The notes under the pieces are model-generated. The model did not search any database. It was given only the letters and a program-made list of their open reading frames with translations, and had not been told where the DNA came from. From a virus (Duplodnaviria > Caudoviricetes), in the IMG/VR virus record IMGVR_UViG_3300021400_000552, positions 32,001 to 96,000 of that record: a stretch of 64,000 nt of DNA; one strand, given 5' to 3'. Of the stretch, positions 29,186-38,544 are shown piece after piece. A program made the translations under genes and the position numbers. Every line of letters begins with the position of its first letter. The first letter of the stretch is position 1.

Positions 29186-32100
29186 TTGGCAATTCTTAAT
29201 AGTTTAAGCGTAAATGGCTCAAGCAGGTTTTTAAATAAGGCTTGGTTCAACGACGTAAGTATTGGCGGCACACTATCAACTGCCGCCATTACAGCCGCGT
29301 CATTAACAAGTACCGGGACATTAAATGTAACTGGTACATCTACATTGGGGACTGTAACTTCTGGCCAAATTACCTCATCTGGCAGAATTTATGGCACTGG
29401 TTTTGGTACTGATGGTACGATGATAATTAAGCCACAAAGTAATAATGAATTTAACTTTGGTGGTACGAATACATCGTCAACAATTTATTTTGGATATAGG
29501 GCGCTTGATAGCAAGCCAATACCTACTAAATTTGTCTTTGGTGGATCTGGTGGCAGTGCCAATCTAACCGCTGGCAGTGCAACACTATCTGGCACATTAT
29601 CAGCGGCCACTGGCAATATCACCACTATTAACTCGTCTAATATTTACTCACAAAATGCATCTATTTCCGGCAGATTGCGGGCTACGGAATATGATCTGCA
29701 AGTAGCGCAAAATACTGGCGGCGCATTAACAGTCGCCCCTACCCTACGTATTGACGATTCTATGACAGCTACAACGCTCACGCGGGATAGCAGCAACAAT
29801 ATTACATTGCGGGTAACACATTCCAGTATTACTAAAGCAGATATTGGCGGCATTACATGGGCCACTGGCTGTAAGGTAAAAGTCAGCTTAGATGTAAATG
29901 GTAAACCGACTGGCACTATGGACGGCACAATTACAGCATTAAATACTAGCTCCCACTTTATTGAGGTGAAAGTTTCTGGTGGAGATGCTGCGAACTTAGA
30001 TGTCGCGAATAAGAGTATTTCGCATTTAGCCATTATGGTGTACGAACTTGCCAATGGCAATCCAGTTGGAATACAAATTAATTGTTACGATGTTCGTAAC
30101 TCATCTCCGGCCATTCGTATTTATGGTGGTACATCTACAACGCCGACAGCTATGCTTGGCAAACTTGATAGTAGCGCTAATAGCGGTGGCGCGGGATTGC
30201 CTCAGGTTAACGGATCTTATCCATCTGGTTGGGGCATGTATACATCAAATGGATATTTTACGGGTGTTATTGTCAGCGAATCTGGGAAAATTGGTGGTTG
30301 GACCATTGGAACTAATTCAATATACTCCGGCAATGCCACCCCAGGCGCGTCTGCATCAACTATGGTTGTCTCTACAGGAACAGCGTCGACTAACAATATT
30401 GGCGGCGGCGGCACAACAAGTAAGACGTGGATGCTGTCGGCTGGAACTGGATTCGGCGTAACTACAGCCGGGGCGCTTTATTCTAACTCTGGTTATATTG
30501 CCGGATGGAAAATTGAATCGAATGATTTAGTAAATGGGACGTGGGGCTCAGATAATTCGGTTATGTTATGCACAGGGTCGGCCACAGCGAAATCCATTGG
30601 TGGATCAGAGTCAACAGTTAATGGATGGGTTATTACAGCAGGATCTAAGTTTGGTGTTACTAAAACTGGGGCGTTATATGCTAATAGTGCTACAATTACT
30701 GGCGTTATTAAAGCAGACACTGGCCGTATTGGTGGTACTTCTGGTTGGACCATTGCGTCACAACAAATTAGTAATGGGACGATCGGTGCTGATGACAGCA
30801 TGTTCTTATCCACTAAGAATCTTGCTGGGACTGTTGCTGGGAAAGCACTCACTACAACCGCCCCATCTTGGCGCTTAACAGTCGGTAGTAATTTTGGTGT
30901 TACAAATACTGGTGTTGTTTATGCGAATAGCGCCCAAATTTCTGGTAATCTTTCCGCGACTAATGGCTTCACCGTTGCTCAGGATAATAAGACGTTGACC
31001 TCGATTACAACGAACGGGATGATTGTGTATGATGGAGTTGGTACAGCAGATAGTAATGTTGTAGCGAAATTTACCGGCAATGATACACAAATTGGGAAAG
31101 CTACCAGTCAACACACTATAATTAATACAGATGGACAATTTTTTTATGGACCAGATAAAGTTTTACTTGGACAGATTGCAGCGGGCAATATCACTAAAGA
31201 ACTAGTAACGTATACAAATGAGAAGATGTCTAATTTTGACATTTTACAATTTGATATAAGCGCTTCAAATACTGAGGTAACAAAAGTAAAATATCCGTTC
31301 ATTGTGCCGTGTAATAAAAGAAATAAAATTTATTTACCATATAAATGTGATTATATTACAATTTCTTTATATAACTATAGTGGGCAGACTGAATTAACTG
31401 ATCAACGTATTAATGCTGGGGGTAGTGCAGATATTTCTTATCAAAGTTACATTTATCTTAACGAAGACGGTGACTACATCAGTTTTAACAATTTAGAGGA
31501 TGCAGGAAATTATGGTGGAGATGGTTATAGTTATTTGTTAACAGGTGATATAGGGATTATATATGATGGTATGCAGAATCCAGCAATTATGAATGTTCCA
31601 TTTTTACATTCTGAGGCTAGAGCAGATGGTGATGAGTCAGATTATGTACTAAATAACATTCCACATCCATCGGTTTGTTTAAATGACAGTAATGGTGACG
31701 TATTAGCTTGGGAATATGGAATATCTGATGTAACTTATACAGCATCACGATATATTCAATTTACAACTCATGGAGTAACTTTTAAAATTGACGAACGTTT
31801 ATATTCGGTTGAAACGACACTAAATAAAACAGAATGGGTGGCATATTGGATATCACAAGGGGGCGATGAGAATGATATACCTTATCCCGCCAGTTTTAAA
31901 CTATATTATGTTCCAGTTAGTTGTTTGTATTTTACAGGAACAATTCAAGCATATGAACATCAACCGTCTCCATTTATAAGTTTTTCTTCTTATAGTAATA
32001 CGACAAATTTTGGTAAATATTCTTTTGCAAACGGAGATCAGGTATATACTACTAATGATTATGCTGCTGTTTTTGGGGAATATAATGAAAATAGAAAAAA

Positions 32101-33031
32101 CTCAATTTTTGAAATAGGTACTGGATCAGCAACAGCGCGAAGAAATGCTTTTACAATAGATAAATATGGTAGTGTTGAAATTTGTATGAATGAGTATGGA
32201 TCTAATCAATTTTTAATAAAAAGACGTAGTGCTTTTGAGCCATATAATACGGATAATCTTGTTACCGTTGACCCAGAAGATGGCACTGTGGATATATTTG
32301 GGGAACTGAATGTAGGTGGATTAACTGTTAAAGGTATTGAAAATTCCATTGCTCTAACTGCAAATTGGGATGGTTGTTTACGAGCTTATGACTTAGTAGC
32401 TAAATCGAGGGCAACCTCGTATGATGAATATTCTTATCGTTACCATTATTCTATTAATGACAAAACTGGTCAAATAGTTGGTGCTATTGGAAATCATACA
32501 TATGTTAATGGTAGTCTTGGCTCTTTTTTAACTAGTCGAAGGCTAGTTAATAATAAAGAAAAAATAAACACGATTTCAGTTAATATTGATAATAACGGTG
32601 ACGCATTTTATGGCGTTACCGATCCACGTGCTTTTTGTACGGCCTTAAATTTAGGACAAATATTGAGTCATGAGCCGGATGCTGTTTCTTGTGCTACTGG
32701 AAAATATATGCAAATAGCTTATTTAACATTAACACCTGGTACATGGTTAATAAATGGTTCTGGATATTTTCCATATGTTAATACTACAGGTGTTCGTAGA
32801 ATATATACAACTCTTGCGACCTCTGGTTATAATAATGTAACGACTGGGCCAGAATCGATGGGTAATCAATTATATGACCAAGAACCTGTAACTGGCTCCT
32901 ATGTAACATTTTTACATATTAGTAAACCTATTACAGTTACTTCTAATACAACCATTCGTTTAATTGGTTGGCAAAATAGTGGTAGTGCTATATCAGTTGT
33001 AGGTCGTTTATATGCCGCACGATTGGCTTAA
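29186..33031 (+). CDS. Tail fibre / receptor-binding protein
   Basis: TTG start after GAAGGTGA. Gly/Ser/Thr-rich, with three GxIGGWxI...FGVT..G.LY repeats, IFEIG.G...RRNAF motif and C-terminal LTPGTWLI gp53-like tip. Confidence 0.8.
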   Translation: MAILNSLSVNGSSRFLNKAWFNDVSIGGTLSTAAITAASLTSTGTLNVTGTSTLGTVTSGQITSSGRIYGTGFGTDGTMIIKPQSNNEFNFGGTNTSSTIYFGYRALDSKPIPTKFVFGGSGGSANLTAGSATLSGTLSAATGNITTINSSNIYSQNASISGRLRATEYDLQVAQNTGGALTVAPTLRIDDSMTATTLTRDSSNNITLRVTHSSITKADIGGITWATGCKVKVSLDVNGKPTGTMDGTITALNTSSHFIEVKVSGGDAANLDVANKSISHLAIMVYELANGNPVGIQINCYDVRNSSPAIRIYGGTSTTPTAMLGKLDSSANSGGAGLPQVNGSYPSGWGMYTSNGYFTGVIVSESGKIGGWTIGTNSIYSGNATPGASASTMVVSTGTASTNNIGGGGTTSKTWMLSAGTGFGVTTAGALYSNSGYIAGWKIESNDLVNGTWGSDNSVMLCTGSATAKSIGGSESTVNGWVITAGSKFGVTKTGALYANSATITGVIKADTGRIGGTSGWTIASQQISNGTIGADDSMFLSTKNLAGTVAGKALTTTAPSWRLTVGSNFGVTNTGVVYANSAQISGNLSATNGFTVAQDNKTLTSITTNGMIVYDGVGTADSNVVAKFTGNDTQIGKATSQHTIINTDGQFFYGPDKVLLGQIAAGNITKELVTYTNEKMSNFDILQFDISASNTEVTKVKYPFIVPCNKRNKIYLPYKCDYITISLYNYSGQTELTDQRINAGGSADISYQSYIYLNEDGDYISFNNLEDAGNYGGDGYSYLLTGDIGIIYDGMQNPAIMNVPFLHSEARADGDESDYVLNNIPHPSVCLNDSNGDVLAWEYGISDVTYTASRYIQFTTHGVTFKIDERLYSVETTLNKTEWVAYWISQGGDENDIPYPASFKLYYVPVSCLYFTGTIQAYEHQPSPFISFSSYSNTTNFGKYSFANGDQVYTTNDYAAVFGEYNENRKNSIFEIGTGSATARRNAFTIDKYGSVEICMNEYGSNQFLIKRRSAFEPYNTDNLVTVDPEDGTVDIFGELNVGGLTVKGIENSIALTANWDGCLRAYDLVAKSRATSYDEYSYRYHYSINDKTGQIVGAIGNHTYVNGSLGSFLTSRRLVNNKEKINTISVNIDNNGDAFYGVTDPRAFCTALNLGQILSHEPDAVSCATGKYMQIAYLTLTPGTWLINGSGYFPYVNTTGVRRIYTTLATSGYNNVTTGPESMGNQLYDQEPVTGSYVTFLHISKPITVTSNTTIRLIGWQNSGSAISVVGRLYAARLA

Positions 33032-33051
33032 ATTCGATAAATTTAACTCAG

Positions 33052-33084
33052 GCGTCACCAACGCGATGGCGCTTTTTTTATTTT
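33052..33084 (+). terminator. Rho-independent terminator
   Basis: GCGTCA...TGGCGC stem followed by TTTTTTTATTTT. Confidence 0.6.
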
Positions 33085-33116
33085 AAATTCAATCATACTA
33101 ATAGGAGGAATAACTT

Positions 33117-33419
33117 ATGAACTTTGGAACAAAACTGAGAACAGTATTAGTAATTGCAACTTCACTCAATACTGCCGTAATGGCGACCGATCTCACTGAT
33201 TTCGCCAACCCTACTCTCGATTCCATCTACAAAATTGTCTCCATTGTTCTCAACTTTATCATCGTGGCAATTGCTGCTTACTTCAACAATGATTTCTCTG
33301 AAGAAGCATGTAAGCATACTGGCGCAATGAGACTTGAAAAACAACAGGCAAAAGGTATCTTTGACGGTGAAAATTTCACCGATGAAGGCGCGCCTATTGA
33401 CGAGGAGGATGATGAGTAA
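33117..33419 (+). CDS. Holin (SPP1-like)
   Basis: GT.LRT.L, two hydrophobic segments, YFNNDFSEEA motif, acidic tail. AGGAGG RBS. Precedes the endolysin. Confidence 0.8.
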   Translation: MNFGTKLRTVLVIATSLNTAVMATDLTDFANPTLDSIYKIVSIVLNFIIVAIAAYFNNDFSEEACKHTGAMRLEKQQAKGIFDGENFTDEGAPIDEEDDE

Positions 33420-35686
33420 TGGGATATATTACATATGAACAAGCCGATTCTCGTTGGGGAAGAAAAAATTATAATGGCTCTTCCTCAATGGCTACGGCTG
33501 GCTGTGGGCCAACATCAGTTGCAATGCTTGCATATGCCGTGGATGGCAAAACGACCCCGTGGGATGTTGCTAGATATATGCAAAAACACGGTTATGCGAT
33601 ACGTAATAATGGTACTGCATGGGCAGGCATTCCAGCAGCAATGAAAGCGTTCGGATTAACTGATGTTAAGAACGTAGCCAAAATGGAAGACGTTTGGAAA
33701 TATATGAGTAATGGGTATTGCGCTGTGTTTCTGTTTCGTGGCGGCAGCCGAGGCGGGGTGACTTGGACTTCGTCGGGCCATTATGTGGCTGTTACAGATT
33801 ATAAAGCAAAAAACGGAAAGCATTATTTATTTACTCGCGATTCAGGCGGAAGGAATCATACGGGCTGGTATGCATATGAAACAACTATGCGTGGATTAAT
33901 CCCGCAAATTTGGGTTGGCAAAGTACCAGAAGGGAAATCCAAACCTAAACCTCCGGCACCAGCGCCAAAACCCGCCATAGCCAAACCAACTAGCGTGCCA
34001 ACATTACCATCTCGCGGATATTTTAAGAGAGGAGACGTGGGATCTGGAGTTGCTCATTTACAAAAGATTTTATTGTATCTTAAATTTAGTGTTGGCGATG
34101 CCGGAGCTGATGGCGATTATGGTGGAGGCACAGCCAGTGCTGTAATAGCTTTTCAGAGGAAATATGGACTAAGTGTTGATGGTGAATGGGGTAAGCAATG
34201 TAACGATAAAGCTAGTGAATTACTTGGAATTAAAAAAAAGACTCCTACCCCAACTAAAACAACTCCAAAATGTATAGATGTTTCTGATCATCAAGGAAAA
34301 ATTAATTGGAAAAAAGTAAAAGCTTCGGGTATTAATTATGCTATTATTCGCGCAGGATATGGAAATAATAATATAGATTCACGTTTTGTTGAAAATATCA
34401 AAGGTGCGATTGCTGCAGGAGTCAAAGTTGGTGTTTATTGGTTCAGTTATGCTTATACTATCGCAATGGCGACTAATGAAGCACGCTGTGTGGTCAAGGC
34501 GATCCAACCGTATAGAACGCATATTGAACTTGGCGTGTGGTTTGACTATGAATATGATAGCGATAATTATGCTAAAAAGAAGACTGGCGCAAAACCATCT
34601 GCTTCTTTATTAACAAATATGCACAAGGCTTTTTGTGATACGGTAAGGGCATCTGGATATAAGGCTGGGTTTTATTATAATTATGATTATAAAAAGAACC
34701 GTTTAAATATGGACGCCCTTAGAGGATATTATCATTGGTATGCACTCTATACGAATGAAAAGCAAACAAATATTGGCATGCAGCAATATTCAAGTGACGG
34801 AAAAGTCTCTGGCATCTCCGGCAATGTTGACATGAACTGGATTATAAACGACTCTTTTATGGGTGTGCCAAAAGATTTATCAAAGGTGACAAAATCGGAC
34901 ACTCCATCTAAACCTGTAGCAACAGCGAAGCCGATTGCAACGACGGCAAAAGCTTATACGGGTAAGTTGCCAAGTCTGTCCAATCTTGCACCGGACATTA
35001 TTGCTCAAAAGGCAAGAGAGCTTGCTTGGCCATATGGCACGAAAGCTAGTAAATATAAATATCCTTCGGGATCTCCGACGGCGGCTTTTAAAATGGCTCT
35101 TAACAAAGCATATCCAAATCGTAGTGCGTGGAGTGATCGCCCGAAGAAGGGAGCGTCTTGCGATGTATTTGTCGGGACTGTTGTTCGCGTGTCTGGTCAT
35201 GACACGTCATTCCCTCGCGGGCTATCCGATGTTCCAGGGCATGTTAAGAAAAAGCCAAATGCGTGGGAGGTGATTAGTCGCCCAAAGAAGAGCGAATTGA
35301 AGGCTGGCGATATTGTCATGTGGGAAACGTCATCTGCCGGACATATTTTTGTTTATACTGGCAATTTGCACGAGGCTGAAGCAAATCATAATGGTAGAAA
35401 ATATGGGCATATTTCTAAATTATACATTCCATCAAGGCCAAAGTATTATATGGCTTTTAGACCAATTGGCGGTAGAGAGTATCTTAAAAAAGGAGACGAA
35501 TCCGTGCAAGTTGGTTATATGCAGAATTTCTTAAATTGGTGTCTTAAGATTTCGCTGAAACCAGATAATGATTTTGGGCAAAAGACTGAAGATGCAGTAA
35601 TAGATTATCAAAAGAAATATGGCTTAATGCCGGATGGTATATTTGGCATAGAGTGTCTTGAAAAAGCAAAGACTATCAAAATTTAA
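33419..35686 (+). CDS. Multidomain endolysin: C39-like peptidase + PG-binding + GH25 muramidase + CHAP/NlpC-like + PG-binding
   Basis: YEQADSRWG..GCGPTS..GHYV; GD.GSGVAHLQ..DGDYG..T..AV.AFQ..DG; IDVSDHQG.INW..IIRAGYG..FDYE; SCDVFV..GDIV..GHI; GD....V...Q..DFG.KT..AV.DYQ..DG.FG. Confidence 0.9.
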   Translation: MGYITYEQADSRWGRKNYNGSSSMATAGCGPTSVAMLAYAVDGKTTPWDVARYMQKHGYAIRNNGTAWAGIPAAMKAFGLTDVKNVAKMEDVWKYMSNGYCAVFLFRGGSRGGVTWTSSGHYVAVTDYKAKNGKHYLFTRDSGGRNHTGWYAYETTMRGLIPQIWVGKVPEGKSKPKPPAPAPKPAIAKPTSVPTLPSRGYFKRGDVGSGVAHLQKILLYLKFSVGDAGADGDYGGGTASAVIAFQRKYGLSVDGEWGKQCNDKASELLGIKKKTPTPTKTTPKCIDVSDHQGKINWKKVKASGINYAIIRAGYGNNNIDSRFVENIKGAIAAGVKVGVYWFSYAYTIAMATNEARCVVKAIQPYRTHIELGVWFDYEYDSDNYAKKKTGAKPSASLLTNMHKAFCDTVRASGYKAGFYYNYDYKKNRLNMDALRGYYHWYALYTNEKQTNIGMQQYSSDGKVSGISGNVDMNWIINDSFMGVPKDLSKVTKSDTPSKPVATAKPIATTAKAYTGKLPSLSNLAPDIIAQKARELAWPYGTKASKYKYPSGSPTAAFKMALNKAYPNRSAWSDRPKKGASCDVFVGTVVRVSGHDTSFPRGLSDVPGHVKKKPNAWEVISRPKKSELKAGDIVMWETSSAGHIFVYTGNLHEAEANHNGRKYGHISKLYIPSRPKYYMAFRPIGGREYLKKGDESVQVGYMQNFLNWCLKISLKPDNDFGQKTEDAVIDYQKKYGLMPDGIFGIECLEKAKTIKI

Positions 35687-35693
35687 TTTATAT

Positions 35694-35726
35694 AGGGTGG
35701 CCACTTATGGCCACCCTTATTTTTTT
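35694..35726. terminator. Terminator between convergent endolysin and integrase
   Basis: Perfect 10-bp stem AGGGTGGCCA-CTTA-TGGCCACCCT followed by TATTTTTTT. Confidence 0.85.
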
Positions 35727-35731
35727 ACATT

Positions 35732-36895
35732 TTAAATTTGCGGTAAATTTACTGCTTGTGTTTTAAGTTTGTTAGAAATGGTAACATACGTGTTAAGCGT
35801 AACATTGATGCTACTGTGTCCCAATAATTCAGATATTATTTTTGGTTCTAAACCTTGTTCAAAAAGCGATGTTGCAAAAGTGTGTCGCAAACAATGCGCG
35901 CCCACACCCTTCATGTCTTCCGTGATATCTGCAGCTTTACAGATTCTATTAAATGTTTTTGTTAACTCTAATGGTGGCAATATTGTATTGCGTGTGGTTG
36001 TTATAATTAGCTTCGTATTATCAAACATGTGTGACATAATAGATAACATTTGAAAAGCTGTGTCATTGAGTGGTACATAACGTCCAGAATTCCACTTTGT
36101 TTCATTATCTCTGATTACAACCTTGTATTTCCCGTCTATTTTAATTGATGCGGCGCTATTTCTGACTCTGATATATTTTTCCTCGATATTAACATCTTCA
36201 TAGCTTAGAGCGCACATTTCAGACTCTCTGAGCCCTGTTTGCATCATGAATACCAGGGCTGGTCCATAACGATATACATATGAGCCATTTTTATATTTCC
36301 GCAAGGCTTCGTCTGTAAATCTTTTACGCTCATTGTTATACATGTCGTTTCGTAAATAACGTGGTTCAGCTGGTTTAGTTTGAAATTTGTTTTGCGCTAT
36401 CATGTTTACTGCCAGCATTGGATTTTCATTTGGCAATATATCTGCGCGTGCGATGGCGTATTTGTAGCATGCCGTGAAAGCATCGTATATTTTCTTAACT
36501 GATGAATACGACAAACCATTGTTTTGGGCGTCTGCGAGTCTTTGCTGAATTAGGTCGCTGGTTAAATTTTTAAATTGCGTCTTTGTATAAAATGGTTTGA
36601 TGTGCGTATTAATTGTACTTTCTAATCTTCGAAAACTCGTTTCGCTGATTGATATTTGCTTGTATTTTAGGAATTGATCAAAATAGTCGGGCACTTTAAT
36701 GTTAGATGTAACGAGATTTCCGCCGCCTTTTTCTCGTTGAAATTCTTCTTGTAGCGATTTTAATACTCTTTTTGCTTCTGCTTTGTTATTTGTTTTGCGA
36801 CTTTTGTCGCGTCCATTTTGCCTAAGACGCACTAAGTAACCGCCGTTTTCTAGCGGTGTAATACTTCCAGATCCCTTTTTTCTGCGTTGTGCCAT
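35732..36895 (-). CDS. int: Tyrosine recombinase (phage integrase)
   Basis: N-terminal arm-binding domain RRKKGSGSI, TGLRESE.CAL, TK, HCLRHTFAT, LLGHSS..VT.NTY. GGAGG RBS. Confidence 0.95.
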   Translation of the reverse strand: MAQRRKKGSGSITPLENGGYLVRLRQNGRDKSRKTNNKAEAKRVLKSLQEEFQREKGGGNLVTSNIKVPDYFDQFLKYKQISISETSFRRLESTINTHIKPFYTKTQFKNLTSDLIQQRLADAQNNGLSYSSVKKIYDAFTACYKYAIARADILPNENPMLAVNMIAQNKFQTKPAEPRYLRNDMYNNERKRFTDEALRKYKNGSYVYRYGPALVFMMQTGLRESEMCALSYEDVNIEEKYIRVRNSAASIKIDGKYKVVIRDNETKWNSGRYVPLNDTAFQMLSIMSHMFDNTKLIITTTRNTILPPLELTKTFNRICKAADITEDMKGVGAHCLRHTFATSLFEQGLEPKIISELLGHSSINVTLNTYVTISNKLKTQAVNLPQI

Positions 36896-36923
36896 GTGAT
36901 ATTTACCTCCAAATGCATTATGT

Positions 36924-36950
36924 ATTATATCACATGTATCTTTGAGTCAA
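36924..36950 (-). promoter_or_regulatory. Integrase promoter (extended -10)
   Basis: Minus strand TTGACT-N15-TATAAT with TGTG.TATAAT extended -10, upstream of the int RBS. Confidence 0.55.
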
Positions 36951-36982
36951 CACCCCTATGACACCCCTATCCACACCCCTAT
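36950..36982. repeat. Three direct repeats ACACCCCTAT, likely integrase arm-type sites
   Basis: ACACCCCTAT at 36950, 36961 and 36973, between int and the att core. Confidence 0.7.
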
Positions 36983-37056
36983 TGTTGTGCTACGCGAACG
37001 TTTAATTTCCAATGTTTCCCATTTTATATATAATGTGTCATTTGGGGACGATATAT

Positions 37057-37095
37057 AAAAATAACCCCGAACTATTGATTTTTCAACGTTCGGGG
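37057..37095 (-). terminator. Terminator downstream of tRNA 3' half
   Basis: CCCCGAAC...GTTCGGGG stem followed by TTATTTTT on the minus strand. Confidence 0.7.
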
Positions 37096-37106
37096 CTTGT
37101 TTCTTG

Positions 37107-37155
37107 TGGAGGCGACACCCGGATTTGAACCGGGGAATAAAGGTTTTGCAGACCT
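37107..37155 (-). other. attP core: 3' half of tRNA-Cys(GCA), not a complete tRNA
   Basis: Minus strand AGGTCTGCAAAACCTTTATTCCCCGGTTCAAATCCGGGTGTCGCCTCCA gives the anticodon arm (GCA), T arm, acceptor 3' strand and CCA. No matching GGCGACA 5' strand or D arm upstream. Adjacent to int. Confidence 0.9.
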
Positions 37156-37277
37156 AGTGGCTACAATGCTATAGCCTAGTGTTTGCAATATTTGAGTCGC
37201 TTAACACGTCTTTTGTTGACGTATTATTGACGTATGTGTTTGGTGAAAACTCGCCTCTCTTCCCAAACGCCTTATGT

Positions 37278-37307
37278 AGTATACACTTTACTGCCATCTA
37301 TTGTCAA
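37278..37307 (-). promoter_or_regulatory. sigmaA-type promoter facing into attP
   Basis: Minus strand TTGACA-N18-TATACT. Confidence 0.6.
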
Positions 37308-37314
37308 CCCTGTT

Positions 37315-37626
37315 TTATTCGATCTCCAATTTCTTTTTAAATTCTTTTGATTTACCAATCATTTGCGCCATACACATTGTCCAATATTTTACATCTTCCG
37401 CTGCCTTTTGGACATCTTCTAAATATTTATCAAGCGATTCTGCCTTACTAAGTCTCGCCTCGCGTGCCATAAGCGCGCGTAAAAGATTATCGATATGGGT
37501 ATAATACCCTATGTAATCCAATACTGGTTCACCATCTTTATCTTTTCTACCAGTATCTTGTGCGAGAGTATACTGACGAGAATCTGATGAAATAATATAC
37601 TCACCATTACATACTTTCACTTTCAA
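37315..37626 (-). CDS. Hypothetical phage protein (DUF5405-like)
   Basis: Y.I.SD.RQY.L...GYY motif; last gene of the minus-strand operon. Confidence 0.55.
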   Translation of the reverse strand: MKVKVCNGEYIISSDSRQYTLAQDTGRKDKDGEPVLDYIGYYTHIDNLLRALMAREARLSKAESLDKYLEDVQKAAEDVKYWTMCMAQMIGKSKEFKKKLEIE

Positions 37627-38134
37627 TTTGATCGTACCTCCATTTTAATATACCAGATTTTAAGTTCGCAATAATAAAATCTACATCTACCTGTCTAAGA
37701 CCTGGACCATTACGTAAACTATTTTGATCTTGCGTACAAAACCAATAATTACCTAAGTGATGTTTTTCCCAGTTAAAATCTTCATCATCTAATATTAAGA
37801 TCCTATTAATATCACGGCGATTTTTTAAGTAAGCAATCACTTCTTTGGCACGCAGATACCACTCATAAGACGGCGTTTCATCTGATATCTTTAAATCATA
37901 TTCTTCAAGCTTCTTTTCTAAATACCGTCCAAGCTCTGTAATTTTTTCCTTATTGCCACTCATCCATTCAGAGCGCCAAGTTGATGTTAACACCAACTCA
38001 GCACTCATTGCATTGACTAGTTGTTTTAAGAGAGCCACCTTTTGACTTTCAATGCCTCGACATCCACAAATTGTATCCGTTGTTTCGTCACTATTTAATA
38101 CGCCGTCAATATCTAAAAATATGATTGTTCTCAT
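37607..38134 (-). CDS. HAD phosphatase (Swiss-Army-knife RNA repair-like)
   Basis: IIFLDIDGVLNS, LVLTSTWR, TP....R..E, ILDD. Confidence 0.8.
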   Translation of the reverse strand: MRTIIFLDIDGVLNSDETTDTICGCRGIESQKVALLKQLVNAMSAELVLTSTWRSEWMSGNKEKITELGRYLEKKLEEYDLKISDETPSYEWYLRAKEVIAYLKNRRDINRILILDDEDFNWEKHHLGNYWFCTQDQNSLRNGPGLRQVDVDFIIANLKSGILKWRYDQIESESM

Positions 38135-38544
38135 GGCAGCATCCTTTGTAAGTCGTGTAGATCGCGTTTTTCTTTTTTATGATTTGACATTTCGTCGGTA
38201 TCCCAACAGTATGTACGCAGTTGACGATGAAAGGAATTTCCTAAAAATCTTTTTGCAATACAATATAAGATGCCTTTTTCTGGATCATATTCTTCGCCCT
38301 GGACGCACTTAACTACGGTTTTTGTGCCATCTTGCCAAAAGACTATGGTCGCTGGATCATGATAAATTACTTTCTTAATTTCATTTGGTTTGCCTATATT
38401 AAATGTTGCCAATAAATAGCGTTCTTTGCTTGCAGAATCGTATCCCCAGATTTTTGTATTATTTTCCACTACTACCAAGCGCCCCCTCTCCGCGTTCTGT
38501 ATGCGCATATTTTTCCGCAAACTCAATCTTGCTAATTTGTTCAA
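38131..38544 (-). CDS. Conserved phage hypothetical protein (start uncertain)
   Basis: IKKVIYHDPATIVFWQDGTKTVVKC..YDPEKG motif, common in Firmicute phages. Confidence 0.65.
   Translation of the reverse strand: MNKLARLSLRKNMRIQNAERGRLVVVENNTKIWGYDSASKERYLLATFNIGKPNEIKKVIYHDPATIVFWQDGTKTVVKCVQGEEYDPEKGILYCIAKRFLGNSFHRQLRTYCWDTDEMSNHKKEKRDLHDLQRMLP

Noticed and set aside
10353-33031. Diversity-generating retroelement or invertible tail-fibre shufflon
   Set aside because: No reverse transcriptase, no adenine-mismatched TR/VR pair, and no invertase or inverted crossover repeats were seen in the window.
36950-36982. Mini-CRISPR array
   Set aside because: The repeats are 10 bp with 1-2 bp gaps and no spacers. 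This fits integrase arm-type sites.
37107-37180. Complete tRNA-Cys gene
   Set aside because: Only the anticodon arm to CCA is present. The upstream sequence (GGCTATAGCATTGTAGCC) is a separate hairpin and cannot form the acceptor stem or D arm, so it is treated as the attP core.
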